Assembly (NCBI GenBank): GCA_964623865.1
Contig: CAZUVX010000013.1
Location: forward strand, 1-56,539
Reading direction: 5' to 3'
Origin: an uncultured Spirochaetaceae bacterium
GTDB taxonomy: Bacteria > Spirochaetota > Spirochaetia > DSM-27196 > PWMO01
DNA length: 56,539 nt
How positions within the stretch are numbered: the stretch's first letter is position 1; every line of letters begins with the position of its first letter. A program made the translations under genes and the position numbers. Below the pieces are notes generated by a model that saw only the letters and a list, made by a program, of their open reading frames with translations, was not told the DNA's origin and searched no databases. Positions 44,852 through 54,399 of this stretch are shown piece by piece.

Positions 44852-45070
44852 GTGGCAAAAGAAGATGCAATTGAAGTAGAGGGTATTGTGAAGGAATCCC
44901 TTCCCAATACCATGTTTCGGGTCGAGCTCAAGAACGGCCACGTTATTCTTGCCCACCTCTCCGGTAAGATGCGGAAGTACTACATCCGCATTGTCCCGGG
45001 CGACAAGGTAAAGGTCGCCCTCTCCCCCTACGACCTCACACGCGGTCGAATAATCTACCGAGAACGCTGA
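44852..45070 (+). CDS. infA: Translation initiation factor IF-1
   Basis: AGGAGG at 44842..44847, then GTG at 44852. The 72-aa product [69 protein letters not shown] is canonical IF-1. Confidence 0.95.
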   Translation: MAKEDAIEVEGIVKESLPNTMFRVELKNGHVILAHLSGKMRKYYIRIVPGDKVKVALSPYDLTRGRIIYRER

Positions 45071-45546
45071 CGAACCATAACCCACACCGCTCCGGTTCCG
45101 CCGTCTCGTCGCTCCGGTGTTCCCATTGCGCCGGTAAGGGGATGATCCTGGAGCAATCGGTGTATTGCCCGCCGCAGCACCGCCCCTTGTGGTGAGTGGA
45201 GTCCTTTTCCGTAAATCACGAGAACCTTGCGAAATCCGCGTCGCGCCGCCTCCCGGATGAAGCTGTCGGTGCGGCGCTCCGCTTCAGGGCGGGTAAGGCC
45301 GTGGAGGTCGAGGGTGTCCTCGATGGGAAGACGTTTGGGCGCGGGATGAGGGGGGCCACCGTGAGCATCGACCTCGGGTCTATTGCCTGAGTCCCCTGCC
45401 GTTTCCTCTTTGTCGACGTCGGCCGGGGGAGGATGCTGCTCCAGAAACGACTCGAGGGCTTTGCGGGTCACATTATGGTGATTGGGCCGCTTCCGGTGTT
45501 CTTGGTCCCACTGTCTCAAGATTTCGCCGAAGTCGTACGGGGTCAT
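45055..45546 (-). CDS. Smr domain-containing protein
   Basis: ATG at 45546 overlaps the upstream stop (ATGA). C-terminal [40 protein letters not shown] is the Smr/MutS2-C pattern. Confidence 0.82.
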   Translation of the reverse strand: MTPYDFGEILRQWDQEHRKRPNHHNVTRKALESFLEQHPPPADVDKEETAGDSGNRPEVDAHGGPPHPAPKRLPIEDTLDLHGLTRPEAERRTDSFIREAARRGFRKVLVIYGKGLHSPQGAVLRRAIHRLLQDHPLTGAMGTPERRDGGTGAVWVMVRQRSR

Positions 45547-47663
45547 GACCGTCCCTCCGGCAGCGTCCGGGCAATGACGTCCGAATCGCGCGTCCATCCT
45601 TCGACGCCGTAGCCGGTGCGTATCAACACGTAGCTCCGATACCGCGCCACCGGCATGACGGCGGTACCCGCAGGCAGGGATAACCACGGTTGAGCTTGAT
45701 CGTCAGGTATCTTGGTAATCGGTGCCTGGGTAACGGAGACGACGGCGACGTTGCGGCCACGGGTGTAGAGACTGTACGCGAAAGCGCCGCCGATGAGCAC
45801 CATGATCCCCAGAGTCAGGGACAGTACAATGGCCATGACGCCGCGGCGAGTTCGCCACAGCAGGACGGTAAAGACCGCGGCGACGTACACCAGGGCGATC
45901 AGGATCACCGCGAAGTAGTCGGGATGGGGAAAGCGCATCGGCTCCACCTGGCGCTCGAGTCCCGCCCGCTGCTCCACTGTCTGCAGCACCTCCCATCCCC
46001 GGTGGAAGTGAGGGGCAAGGCGCACGCTCTCCCGGAGGTGGAATACCGCCTCACCGGTCCGCCCCGCCCGGGCATCGGCAAGGGCGAGGTTGTAGTGAAT
46101 GCCGGCGTTTTCGGGTCGCTCCTCCATGGCCTCCATGAAACGACTTCTCGCCGCGGGGTAGTCCCCGTCCTCGAAGGCCGCCGCTCCCGCCTCCAGCATG
46201 TCCACCGGCACCGGCAGGGTCGCGGCGACGAGGAAGAGCACGCTCCCTCCCAGGAGGGCGGCGAGTCGCGGCACGCGCCGGCGCAGGATCGCGAGAACCG
46301 GGATTGCCAGTACCGGTGGCAAGGCGATCAGGTAGAACCAGGGTCGCCTGTAGAGATCAGACGACTGCAAGCTCTGAATCTCCTCCACCGTCAAGAGTTC
46401 CAGGGGCGCCGCCTCCGTACCGTCTTCGCCGGTGTCGCCGGCGACGGCCAGACTGTTCAGGAGAAAGGTTTCCCCGGAAGCCTGTCGAACCTCGCCGCTT
46501 CCCGGTTCGAGGTACGGGAAGGCCGCCACGGAGAGCTCCCGCGCCCCGCTTTCCCGGGGGGTTACGCGGTACCGAGCGGTCCTGCTACCACGATACCCGT
46601 CCTCAGACGGCGTGACGTCGGTGGAAGTGCCTGTTTCCGTGATTACGAGGCCCTCCCCTGCCACTTCGGGAAACTGCAGGAAGAGCAGGTTCCCGGTCCC
46701 TTCCACCCGCACGGTCAGCGTTGCCGACTCTCCCACCGGCAACTCCCTGGGGTCGAGGTGGGCGCTCATGTGGAACGTACCGACGGCTCCGGTCTCTGAG
46801 ACCGACTCCGGGAGGGGTGAGACCGAGAGCTCCGTAGAGTCGACCGATCGTTGCAGCCCCTGCGCGGCGACGACGCCGTCGGGGATCTCTACGTCTCCGC
46901 TCAGAGTCGGTGTGAAGAGGTACGTCGCGGCGGGGTATTGGTACAGGGTCTTTCCACCTACCGTCCTGGTTTCCACGGAGCCGAGACCGCGGACCTCCTC
47001 CAGGAGGGCATCTGAAGGCGCCCCGACCTCTACGTTCTCCGGGAGGACGAACTCGGTTATGCCGGAAACCTCCAGATAGAGGGAGACGGTCTGACCGACG
47101 TAGACCGTCTCTCCGGGGGTCGTCCAGGAGGCATCGAAGGGCACCTCGCCGCCGGCGCTTCGGGGTATCTCCAGGAGGTGCGGATCGGTTCGGAAAGTGC
47201 CCCATGGGGCATCCAGCCGTACCGCCGGGATGACCGCACGTCCCGCCGACCGGAGCACAAGCGGCATCTCGATCTCCACGACACTGCGATTGCCGGCACC
47301 GACTTCCCGTCGGACGCGCCGGACCTCCTCTTCCGGGTCGAAGTCGACCCGCGGTGGAAGCGTCGGTAACGTGATCTCGACCTCGTCGCGGATCTCCTCC
47401 GCCTCCACGTCCGACGGCACCGAGACGCTCATGACCAAGCGTGCCGTCTCACCGGGAACCAGATCATCCGCCTCAATGGTGGAACGGATGAGCCGCTCGG
47501 AATCCTCATCCGCCTGGGCGGCGGCGGGTGGTGCGGAAACCAGCAGCACCGGCAGGAGCAACAGGGCGGCAAGAATCGTCACGCACCGCGGAGCCGGTTG
47601 CGCCAAGAGGAGCTTCCCGCGCCGGCGGCCCGGAGCCGGCGGAGGCCACCGATCCGGCGGCAT
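45543..47663 (-). CDS. batD: BatD-like protein fused to a TPR + SH3b (BatE-like) C-terminal module
   Basis: Signal/TM region, long beta-rich BatD-type ectodomain, TM helices, TPR segment (IHYNLALADARAGRTGEAVFHL) and a terminal SH3-like segment (SYVLIRTGYGVEGWT). Last gene of the Bat operon. Start at ATG 47663 (alternative 47729). Confidence 0.7.
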   Translation of the reverse strand: MPPDRWPPPAPGRRRGKLLLAQPAPRCVTILAALLLLPVLLVSAPPAAAQADEDSERLIRSTIEADDLVPGETARLVMSVSVPSDVEAEEIRDEVEITLPTLPPRVDFDPEEEVRRVRREVGAGNRSVVEIEMPLVLRSAGRAVIPAVRLDAPWGTFRTDPHLLEIPRSAGGEVPFDASWTTPGETVYVGQTVSLYLEVSGITEFVLPENVEVGAPSDALLEEVRGLGSVETRTVGGKTLYQYPAATYLFTPTLSGDVEIPDGVVAAQGLQRSVDSTELSVSPLPESVSETGAVGTFHMSAHLDPRELPVGESATLTVRVEGTGNLLFLQFPEVAGEGLVITETGTSTDVTPSEDGYRGSRTARYRVTPRESGARELSVAAFPYLEPGSGEVRQASGETFLLNSLAVAGDTGEDGTEAAPLELLTVEEIQSLQSSDLYRRPWFYLIALPPVLAIPVLAILRRRVPRLAALLGGSVLFLVAATLPVPVDMLEAGAAAFEDGDYPAARSRFMEAMEERPENAGIHYNLALADARAGRTGEAVFHLRESVRLAPHFHRGWEVLQTVEQRAGLERQVEPMRFPHPDYFAVILIALVYVAAVFTVLLWRTRRGVMAIVLSLTLGIMVLIGGAFAYSLYTRGRNVAVVSVTQAPITKIPDDQAQPWLSLPAGTAVMPVARYRSYVLIRTGYGVEGWTRDSDVIARTLPEGRS

Positions 47664-47677
47664 CAGGGGGGCCCCGA

Positions 47678-48313
47678 CTACCAGTCGGGTCCGGTGGACG
47701 GTTGCTGTGTCTGGTCCGGAGCAATCCACTGCACCTCCTCCTTTCGACGAACGTATTCGAGAATTCTCACCGCGTCGCTCGATAGCTCCGTGCGCTCGCC
47801 CTGCTCCTCCTCGGCGGGTTCACGGTCCCCTACTCCCTCGCCGGCCTCGATCTTGCGGAGGGCGAGCTCCAGATTGCGCTTCGCCGGGACGCTCCCGCTG
47901 TTGATGATGAGGGCCTCCCGAAAGTGGCTGTATGCCTGATGGTACCGGCCGAGCTCGTAGGCCATAACACCCCTGTTGAAGGCCACTGCAAAGGCGAGAT
48001 CACCCTCCTCCGCCTGCTCCGCGGAGTCCCACATTTCCACGGCCGCATCAAACTCGCCCAGGGAGTGGTACACGTTCCCGAGATTGTACGCGATCCACGG
48101 ATCGTACGTTGAGCTCTCCCAGTGGTCCAGGTAGTGAAGGGTCGCCGCCTGGTAGTTCCCCTGGTCGAAGGCGTGGTTCCCCCGCAGCACCGCAAGGTGA
48201 GCCGACGAGATGTCGCAACCGCCAAGGAGCACCCCTCCTGCCAGGATGATCGCCGCCACGACCGGAATGGGGAGCGCCGCAGGCCCCCGGCGCCTCAGAG
48301 TACTTCTCGCCAT
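47678..48313 (-). CDS. batC: TPR-repeat protein BatC-like
   Basis: 211 aa. N-terminal lipobox-like LLGGC, then TPR repeats (AYNLGNVYHSLGEFDAAVEMW, AFNRGVMAYELGRYHQAYSHF). Positioned after two vWA genes. Confidence 0.75.
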   Translation of the reverse strand: MARSTLRRRGPAALPIPVVAAIILAGGVLLGGCDISSAHLAVLRGNHAFDQGNYQAATLHYLDHWESSTYDPWIAYNLGNVYHSLGEFDAAVEMWDSAEQAEEGDLAFAVAFNRGVMAYELGRYHQAYSHFREALIINSGSVPAKRNLELALRKIEAGEGVGDREPAEEEQGERTELSSDAVRILEYVRRKEEVQWIAPDQTQQPSTGPDW

Positions 48314-49278
48314 CTCACCACCCGCACGGCAATGTGAAGTGCAAGGAACGCCAGTGCAACCAGGAGGAACCCCTGATAGCGTTCCACCGCAACGAGACGG
48401 AACCCTTCGGACTCGCGCCGCGCGCGGTACTCGGAAAGGCCCCGGATCAGGCCGGAGAAGACGTCGGCCTCGGTCATGGAGTAACTGCCGCCCTTCGTTT
48501 CCCGGGACACCTCCCGGAGGAGGTCGGGCCGCGCCGCGGTTATCACCGGCTCGCCCCGCCTGTCGGTAAGCAGGTCGCCCGACGCCAGGGTGACCGTTGT
48601 TCCGTCCGCTGTTCCGGCAACAACGGTGAAGATCGGAATGCCCTCGTCTCGGGCGTCCTCGGCGACAACGAGGGGGGATCCGCTCAGGGTTTCGCCGTCG
48701 GTTATCAACACAATGGCGCGGTTCCGGCCACTTCCGTCGGGGAAGGATTCGAGAGCCTGGCGGAGACCCGCCTCGACGTCGGTTCCACCCGCGGAGGTGA
48801 GACCAGGTCCCACACTGCGAATGAACGACTCGATGGCGGCACGGTCCTCGGTCATGGGCACCAGGGCGAAGGCACTACCCTTGAAGACGACGACGGCGAA
48901 CCGCGCATCCGGAAGGTCCTGGACCATGCTTCTGAGCAGCTCCTTGGACCGCTCGATCCGGGAAGGCCGGACATCCGCGGCAAGCATGCTTCGGGATACA
49001 TCCACAGCCACAACGACATCCAATCCGCGACGATCTTCCTCAACGGAGCGCCGGCCCCAGGTGATACCCGCCGACGCGAGAACCGCAAAGACGACAAAGA
49101 TGACCAGGAAGAGCGAGGAAAAGAACCACTTCACCAGGAGCACGTTGTGAACGTCCCGGCGACGAGGGCCGTAGATCCTCCGCAGGTCGCGCTCAGCCAG
49201 CCGGTACTCCCGGAGCTGGGTGTAGATCAGCGGTACAAGAACCACCAGGATGATCAGCGCCTCGGGATGCTGTACCAT
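48295..49278 (-). CDS. batB: vWA domain membrane protein BatB-like
   Basis: ATG at 49278 overlaps the batA stop (ATGA). Two N-terminal TM helices and a vWA MIDAS motif (VVVAVDVSRSM...LITDGE). Confidence 0.8.
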   Translation of the reverse strand: MVQHPEALIILVVLVPLIYTQLREYRLAERDLRRIYGPRRRDVHNVLLVKWFFSSLFLVIFVVFAVLASAGITWGRRSVEEDRRGLDVVVAVDVSRSMLAADVRPSRIERSKELLRSMVQDLPDARFAVVVFKGSAFALVPMTEDRAAIESFIRSVGPGLTSAGGTDVEAGLRQALESFPDGSGRNRAIVLITDGETLSGSPLVVAEDARDEGIPIFTVVAGTADGTTVTLASGDLLTDRRGEPVITAARPDLLREVSRETKGGSYSMTEADVFSGLIRGLSEYRARRESEGFRLVAVERYQGFLLVALAFLALHIAVRVVRWREVL

Positions 49279-50279
49279 CACAATACCTCCCGGAGCAGCC
49301 ACTTGCGAATCAGGACGTCCAGTCCGATCGCCGCGAGGCCGAAGAAGATGACCGGCCGATGGTGCGGAGTCGTCTTCACATCGATTCTGACGCGTTTCTC
49401 GACCGTCTCAATGGAGTCAATTGCCTCGAAGACGCCGGCCAGGGTCCCGCTGGTACCGGCGTAGAAGTATGCGCCTCCGGAGCTCTCGGCGATCCGGCGG
49501 AGGAGCTCCTCGTCAAATCCTCCCTGGAAGGTGCCGCGAAAGGTCTGCCCGGTATCCGGATCGGTGAACTCCAGGCGGGTCTCGTCGGTGTTACCAATAC
49601 CGATTGCGTAGATGCGAATGCCAAGCTGATCGGCCACGGTTGCGGCGGTCTCCGGAAAGATCTCGCCGGCGTTGTTCTCTCCGTCGGTAAGGAGGATGAC
49701 GACCTTCTCGGAGGCCGAGCTGGAGGAGAGGTGCAGGCTCGCCAGGGCCAGCCCCATGCCGATCGCGGTGCCGTCCCCGAGAGACATGATCTGCAGCCCC
49801 TCCAGCGCCCGGAGAACCTCCTCGTAGTACGTCGTGGGTGGCACCCGCAGCGTCGCCTCCCGACCGAAGCTGACAAGCCCGATCGGGTCGTTCTCCCGAC
49901 GCTCGACGAACCGCCGAATGACCTCCCGGGCAGTCTCGAATCGGTTTTCCGGTACAAAGTCCCGGGCCGCCATGCTCGGAGACTCGTCCAGCACGATCAT
50001 GATGTCCACGCCCCGGGTCAGGAACACACGCTGACGCTCCACCGTTGCGGGCCGCGCCGTCGCAACAATCAGCGCGGATACCCCAACCCAGAACGACAGG
50101 ATCCCGATTCCACGAAGGAGTCGTACGCCCCGATACCGCGGCGTGAAGCCTGTGCCGCCCCAGACGTGGAAGGGAAAGGCGACGTTGCCGCCGCGGTTGC
50201 GTCGAAAGTGCCGGAAGAAGATCCCGACCGGAACCAGCACGAGAAGGGCAAGGAAGAGGGGTTCACGAAACACCCACAT
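49278..50279 (-). CDS. batA: vWA domain membrane protein BatA-like
   Basis: GGAGGG RBS and ATG at 50279. N-terminal TM helices and vWA MIDAS (IMIVLDESPSM...LLTDGENN). Confidence 0.8.
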   Translation of the reverse strand: MWVFREPLFLALLVLVPVGIFFRHFRRNRGGNVAFPFHVWGGTGFTPRYRGVRLLRGIGILSFWVGVSALIVATARPATVERQRVFLTRGVDIMIVLDESPSMAARDFVPENRFETAREVIRRFVERRENDPIGLVSFGREATLRVPPTTYYEEVLRALEGLQIMSLGDGTAIGMGLALASLHLSSSSASEKVVILLTDGENNAGEIFPETAATVADQLGIRIYAIGIGNTDETRLEFTDPDTGQTFRGTFQGGFDEELLRRIAESSGGAYFYAGTSGTLAGVFEAIDSIETVEKRVRIDVKTTPHHRPVIFFGLAAIGLDVLIRKWLLREVL

Positions 50280-51180
50280 GCTCTTCCCTCCTTCTTCGCT
50301 GCCGGTGCTCCACATTCTCGACCACCCGTCGTACCGCCTCCAGGTGCTGTCTGCGCTTCTTGACCGTCGATCGGCCTCGGGCGAACTTCACCAGGTCGCC
50401 ATGCTTGAACAGGTCGATGAGAACATCCCGGTCCGCACGCTCTTCAATGATCCGATCCAGGAAGCCCCGGAGCTCGGCGGTCGTGGCGGACATGCAGTCG
50501 GTGCTGAGCTTCTGCGAGATATAGCGGCGCAGATCCTCCTGCAGGGTGATGTAGAAGTCGCGTCCCCTCATGGATTCCATCTCCGCCGAGAGCTGTCGAA
50601 GGGCCTTACGCAATCGACGGGAGGGTTGATTCGCTCGATACTGCGCCACGATTTGCCTGATCCGGTTTCTGCCGAAGCGCACGAAGACCAGCCAGAGAAG
50701 CGGCACCATTACCAGTGCCGTAAGAACCCCGGCAATGAGCAGGTTCGTTGAGGGAAGCACCGCCTGGTCACGCAACGGCGACAACTCCGGGCTCTCCCCG
50801 AGTATGCTCTCCACGAAGATGTCGAACCCCTGGATCGTAATGTCCCCAATGCGTATCGGCGGAAGGGCAAGGGTCCCCTGGCGAAACGCCGTGAACTCGA
50901 CGCGCACCTCCGCGTCCTGACCTTCCTGAGCCGCGGTGATCGAGTGGATGCGTCCCCAGAGCACGCTGGGCACGGGGGCCGTTGCCGGAAGGGTGACCCC
51001 CGGGTCCAGACGCAGCCGAAGGCGCAACTCCACCACGTCTCCCACGTAGAACACCTGAGGCAGGAAGGTGGCGTCCCGCACGGAGTAGGCGTCCTGGGCG
51101 CGCCCCTGCGGTGTCGCCCCCGCGACCATTACGAGACACACGAGGGCGACGACGAATCGACGGCGGAAGCGCCAGGTCAT
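50263..51180 (-). CDS. Bat-operon-associated membrane protein (DUF4381-like position)
   Basis: ATG at 51180 overlaps the DUF58 stop (ATGA). Signal peptide, one central TM helix and a cytoplasmic helical tail. Sits between the DUF58 and vWA genes, as in Bacteroides and spirochaete bat loci. Confidence 0.55.
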   Translation of the reverse strand: MTWRFRRRFVVALVCLVMVAGATPQGRAQDAYSVRDATFLPQVFYVGDVVELRLRLRLDPGVTLPATAPVPSVLWGRIHSITAAQEGQDAEVRVEFTAFRQGTLALPPIRIGDITIQGFDIFVESILGESPELSPLRDQAVLPSTNLLIAGVLTALVMVPLLWLVFVRFGRNRIRQIVAQYRANQPSRRLRKALRQLSAEMESMRGRDFYITLQEDLRRYISQKLSTDCMSATTAELRGFLDRIIEERADRDVLIDLFKHGDLVKFARGRSTVKKRRQHLEAVRRVVENVEHRQRRRREEHVGVS

Positions 51181-52046
51181 CGGCGTCGCCTCTGGAAGAA
51201 CTGCAGAAGTGTTGCGGCGGGATCGTCGTCGGTTCCGACTTCCAGGGTGGAGACGTTCCGGCGCCGACACTCCCGGCGCCACTGCCGGCGCTGTTCCGCC
51301 CAGTAGTCGTGATACTGCTTGCGAAAGCGGCGTGAACGGCCCGGAGCGAGGATGGTCCTGCCGGTCTCCGGGTCTTCCAGCCGGAAGAGCCCGGTTTCCG
51401 GGAAGAGCTCATCCACCGGATCGACAATGCGGACCGCGATCACATCGTGACGCCGAGAGAGCAGGGAGAGCTCCTTCAAGTACCCGGTCGTCTTGAAGTC
51501 GGAGAGAATGACACAGATGCCGCGCCGCTTCAAAGCCTCGCCGGCGGTGCGAAGCGCCAGGGCCAGGTCCGATCCGCGACCCTTCGGCTCGAAGCGCACC
51601 ATGTCCTGAATCAGCCGAAGCGCGTGCTTCCGCCCCTTCACCGGGGGAACCCAGTGCTCGATTCCGTCGGTATAGAAAAGCGCGCCCATCTTGTCGTTGT
51701 TCTGTGCCGCTGCGAGTGAGAGGAGCGCGAACAGCAGGCGCTGAACCCCCAGGCGCGTCTCCTCGGCGGTGCCTCCGCGCATGGATGCGGACATGTCTGC
51801 AAGCAGAAAGAGGGTGAGCTCGCGTTCCTCCCGAAACACCTTCGTGAAGGGCGTGCCCAGTCGCGAGCTGACATTCCAGTCTATCAATCTGGCATCATCG
51901 CCCTCGACGTATTCACGGACCTCGTCAAACTCGATCCCCTGTCCTTTGAAGACCGAACGGTAGTTCCCCGCCAGAAGGCTCTCGACGAGCTTGTGCGATA
52001 TGAGCTGGAGTCTGCGAGCGGTCTGGTAGACGCGATTCTGGTCCAT
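51177..52046 (-). CDS. DUF58 domain protein (MoxR-associated, vWA-like)
   Basis: ATG at 52046. Motif NYRSVFKGQGIEFDEVREYVEGDDARLIDWN is the DUF58 hallmark. Follows the MoxR ATPase. Confidence 0.85.
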   Translation of the reverse strand: MDQNRVYQTARRLQLISHKLVESLLAGNYRSVFKGQGIEFDEVREYVEGDDARLIDWNVSSRLGTPFTKVFREERELTLFLLADMSASMRGGTAEETRLGVQRLLFALLSLAAAQNNDKMGALFYTDGIEHWVPPVKGRKHALRLIQDMVRFEPKGRGSDLALALRTAGEALKRRGICVILSDFKTTGYLKELSLLSRRHDVIAVRIVDPVDELFPETGLFRLEDPETGRTILAPGRSRRFRKQYHDYWAEQRRQWRRECRRRNVSTLEVGTDDDPAATLLQFFQRRRR

Positions 52047-52053
52047 GTCGGCT

Positions 52054-53043
52054 CTATGGAACCGGCACCGCCGACAGGAGGAATCCCACCACATCGTCGG
52101 CGGTGAGCTCGTCGGATTCAGCCTCGTATGAGAGGATTATTCGATGCCGAAGCACCATTGGTGCGATGGCCTTCACATCTTCCGGAACGACGTAGTGTCG
52201 CCCCTCGATGAGGGCTCTCACCTTTGCACTGCGGTAGAGATAGATCGTGGCCCTGGGGGACGCCCCGAACTCGATGTACCGGGAGTAGGTGTGGACGTTG
52301 CGGTTGCGCTCCCGGGACGCCGTTACCAGTGAGACAATGTACTCCTCAATGCGCTCGTCCACGACAACCTTTGCCGCCGTCTCCCGGAGCCGGCGGATGT
52401 GGGGGCGAAACAGCACCGGAGTGAGGGGTATCTCCTGAGGAATGCCGATCCTCCGCAGGATTGCGAGCTCTTCATCCCGGTTCGGATACTCGACGTGAAG
52501 CTTCATCAGAAAGCGGTCGAGTTGCGCCTCCGGTAGAGGGTAGGTTCCCTCGTGCTCGATCGGGTTTTGCGTAGCCAGAACGAAGAAGGGCTCGGCGAGA
52601 GGATAGGTGGAGTCCCCAATGGTTACCTGACGCTCCTCCATCGCCTCCAAAAGGGCGCTCTGCACCTTTGCAGGGGCGCGGTTGATCTCATCTGCCAGGA
52701 CAATGTTGGAGAAGATGGGTCCCTTCCGCGGGACGAACTCTCCGGTCTGCTGGCGAAATACCATGGTTCCTACGAGATCGGCCGGAAGGAGATCCGGAGT
52801 GAACTGGATGCGCTTGAAGGTCGCGTCGATGACCGCCGAGACCGCTTTTATTGCAAGAGTCTTGGCGAGGCCTGGAACCCCCTCCAGGAGCACGTGCCCC
52901 CCCGCCAGAATGCCGGTAATCAGGCCCTCGACCATGTCTTCCTGACCGACGACGTGCTTGGATATTTCCTTGCGCACCCGCGTGATCATCTGGGATGCGC
53001 GCTTTACTTCGAGTTCGAAGTCCTGGTTTTCTGCTTGGTTCAT
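52054..53043 (-). CDS. MoxR-like AAA+ ATPase
   Basis: 329 aa. Walker A-like LLEGVPGLAKT, Walker B LADEINRA and the MoxR-family C-terminal lid. Confidence 0.92.
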   Translation of the reverse strand: MNQAENQDFELEVKRASQMITRVRKEISKHVVGQEDMVEGLITGILAGGHVLLEGVPGLAKTLAIKAVSAVIDATFKRIQFTPDLLPADLVGTMVFRQQTGEFVPRKGPIFSNIVLADEINRAPAKVQSALLEAMEERQVTIGDSTYPLAEPFFVLATQNPIEHEGTYPLPEAQLDRFLMKLHVEYPNRDEELAILRRIGIPQEIPLTPVLFRPHIRRLRETAAKVVVDERIEEYIVSLVTASRERNRNVHTYSRYIEFGASPRATIYLYRSAKVRALIEGRHYVVPEDVKAIAPMVLRHRIILSYEAESDELTADDVVGFLLSAVPVP

Positions 53044-54329
53044 GTGCGGTAGTCTGCGTTCTTTCTTATGTAATCGTGGGTCAGATCGGTTCCCAAAACC
53101 GTAGCCTCCTCGCAGCCGGCGCGCAGGTCCACGGCAATCTCGACGACGCGCTCATGCTGCGGGAAACCTTCCACCCCGGGATCCATTCCGGTATCCGCGA
53201 GATACTCGCACAATCTCGCTTCTTTGTCACGGTCGAGATGAAAGACGCCGTCCCTGAAGATGGTTTCCGCCCCAAGGCTTACCGTCATGCGCCCGGCGTC
53301 GATGACAATGCTGTTGTTCCCCGCCGCATCGCCGAGGGCTGCGATGATGCGCCCGACGTTGGGGTCATTGCCGTACACGGCGGTCTTCACGAGGGGGGAG
53401 TTGCACACGGCCTTTCCGAGGAGCAGCGCATCGGCACGCCGTGCGGCGCCGTACACGCGGACCCGCAGCACATGACCCACCCCTTCCCCGTTCCGGACAA
53501 TGTCGTCGGCTAAGCCGGCGCAGACCTGCCGCAGGGCCTCCCGGAAGCGCTCACGCGGAACCGCCGTCTTCCGACGCGAGCTCCACGCCAGAACGGTATC
53601 GCTTGTGCTTTGATCACCGTCGATCGAAATGGTGTTGAACGTCTCCGCCACCACCGCGGCAAGATCCTCCCGGAGGGCGTTCCGCTCCACGTCCAGGTCG
53701 GTAGTAATGAAGGCGAGCATGGTCGCCAGATTGGGCTCCACCATGCCCGCGCCCTTCGCCACACCGACGATGCGCCCCTCCCCGAGGTCGACGGACTGAA
53801 CCTTCGGGAAGGAGTCCGTCGTCATGATGGCCTCGGCGACCTCCGGCGGATCAGCGCTCCCAAGAGCGTCGACGAGGTCGGGTATGGCCGCGCGCATCCG
53901 ATCCACGGGCAGAGCCCAGCCGATCACCCCGGTGGACATGGAGAGAAAGGGCGCGCCCTCCGAACCGTTCCCCCCCACCAGGCGACCTGCATCCGCCGCC
54001 AGGAGCTCGGCGTCTTCAAGACCGGTCGGGGAACAGACGTTGGAAATCCTGTTGTTCACCAGTACGCCCTGGAGGGTCGGCTCCGCCAGATGGCGCCGCC
54101 CCAGGACCACCGGCGCACCGGGGAAGGCGTTCCGGGTGAAGACCGCGGCAAAGGCGTCGGTGGGCTCTTCCGCGGCAATGAGGGCGAGGTTCATTCGATA
54201 CGGTGCGTCGCCGGGACGCTCGTCCGCGGTGAAGGTGATGTGCGTCGTGGCGGCCGAAAAGCCGTCGGGGAAGGGCCCGCGTCTTGCCAGAGCCTCTCGG
54301 TACGCCGTCTCGCTGTCGTGATTCGCCAT
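53040..54329 (-). CDS. argJ: Bifunctional glutamate N-acetyltransferase / amino-acid acetyltransferase (ornithine acetyltransferase)
   Basis: 429 aa with GFSAATTH..., KGAGMVEPNLATMLAFITTD (autoproteolytic Thr site) and a C-terminal ADYRT-type end. Confidence 0.92.
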   Translation of the reverse strand: MANHDSETAYREALARRGPFPDGFSAATTHITFTADERPGDAPYRMNLALIAAEEPTDAFAAVFTRNAFPGAPVVLGRRHLAEPTLQGVLVNNRISNVCSPTGLEDAELLAADAGRLVGGNGSEGAPFLSMSTGVIGWALPVDRMRAAIPDLVDALGSADPPEVAEAIMTTDSFPKVQSVDLGEGRIVGVAKGAGMVEPNLATMLAFITTDLDVERNALREDLAAVVAETFNTISIDGDQSTSDTVLAWSSRRKTAVPRERFREALRQVCAGLADDIVRNGEGVGHVLRVRVYGAARRADALLLGKAVCNSPLVKTAVYGNDPNVGRIIAALGDAAGNNSIVIDAGRMTVSLGAETIFRDGVFHLDRDKEARLCEYLADTGMDPGVEGFPQHERVVEIAVDLRAGCEEATVLGTDLTHDYIRKNADYRT

Positions 54330-54399
54330 ATCCCAAGGTGTAACGGGTTCCTCGCCTCCGTGGCAAGGTCTGCGGGTTTCCGGCTACACTCCGGGAATC

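Noticed and set aside
45543-53043. MoxR AAA+ ATPase + vWA + DUF58 genes considered as a possible novel defence or effector system.
   Set aside because: The gene order and domain set match the well-known Bat/aerotolerance-type operon of Bacteroidetes and spirochaetes. No nuclease, TIR, Sir2 or other effector domains are associated.
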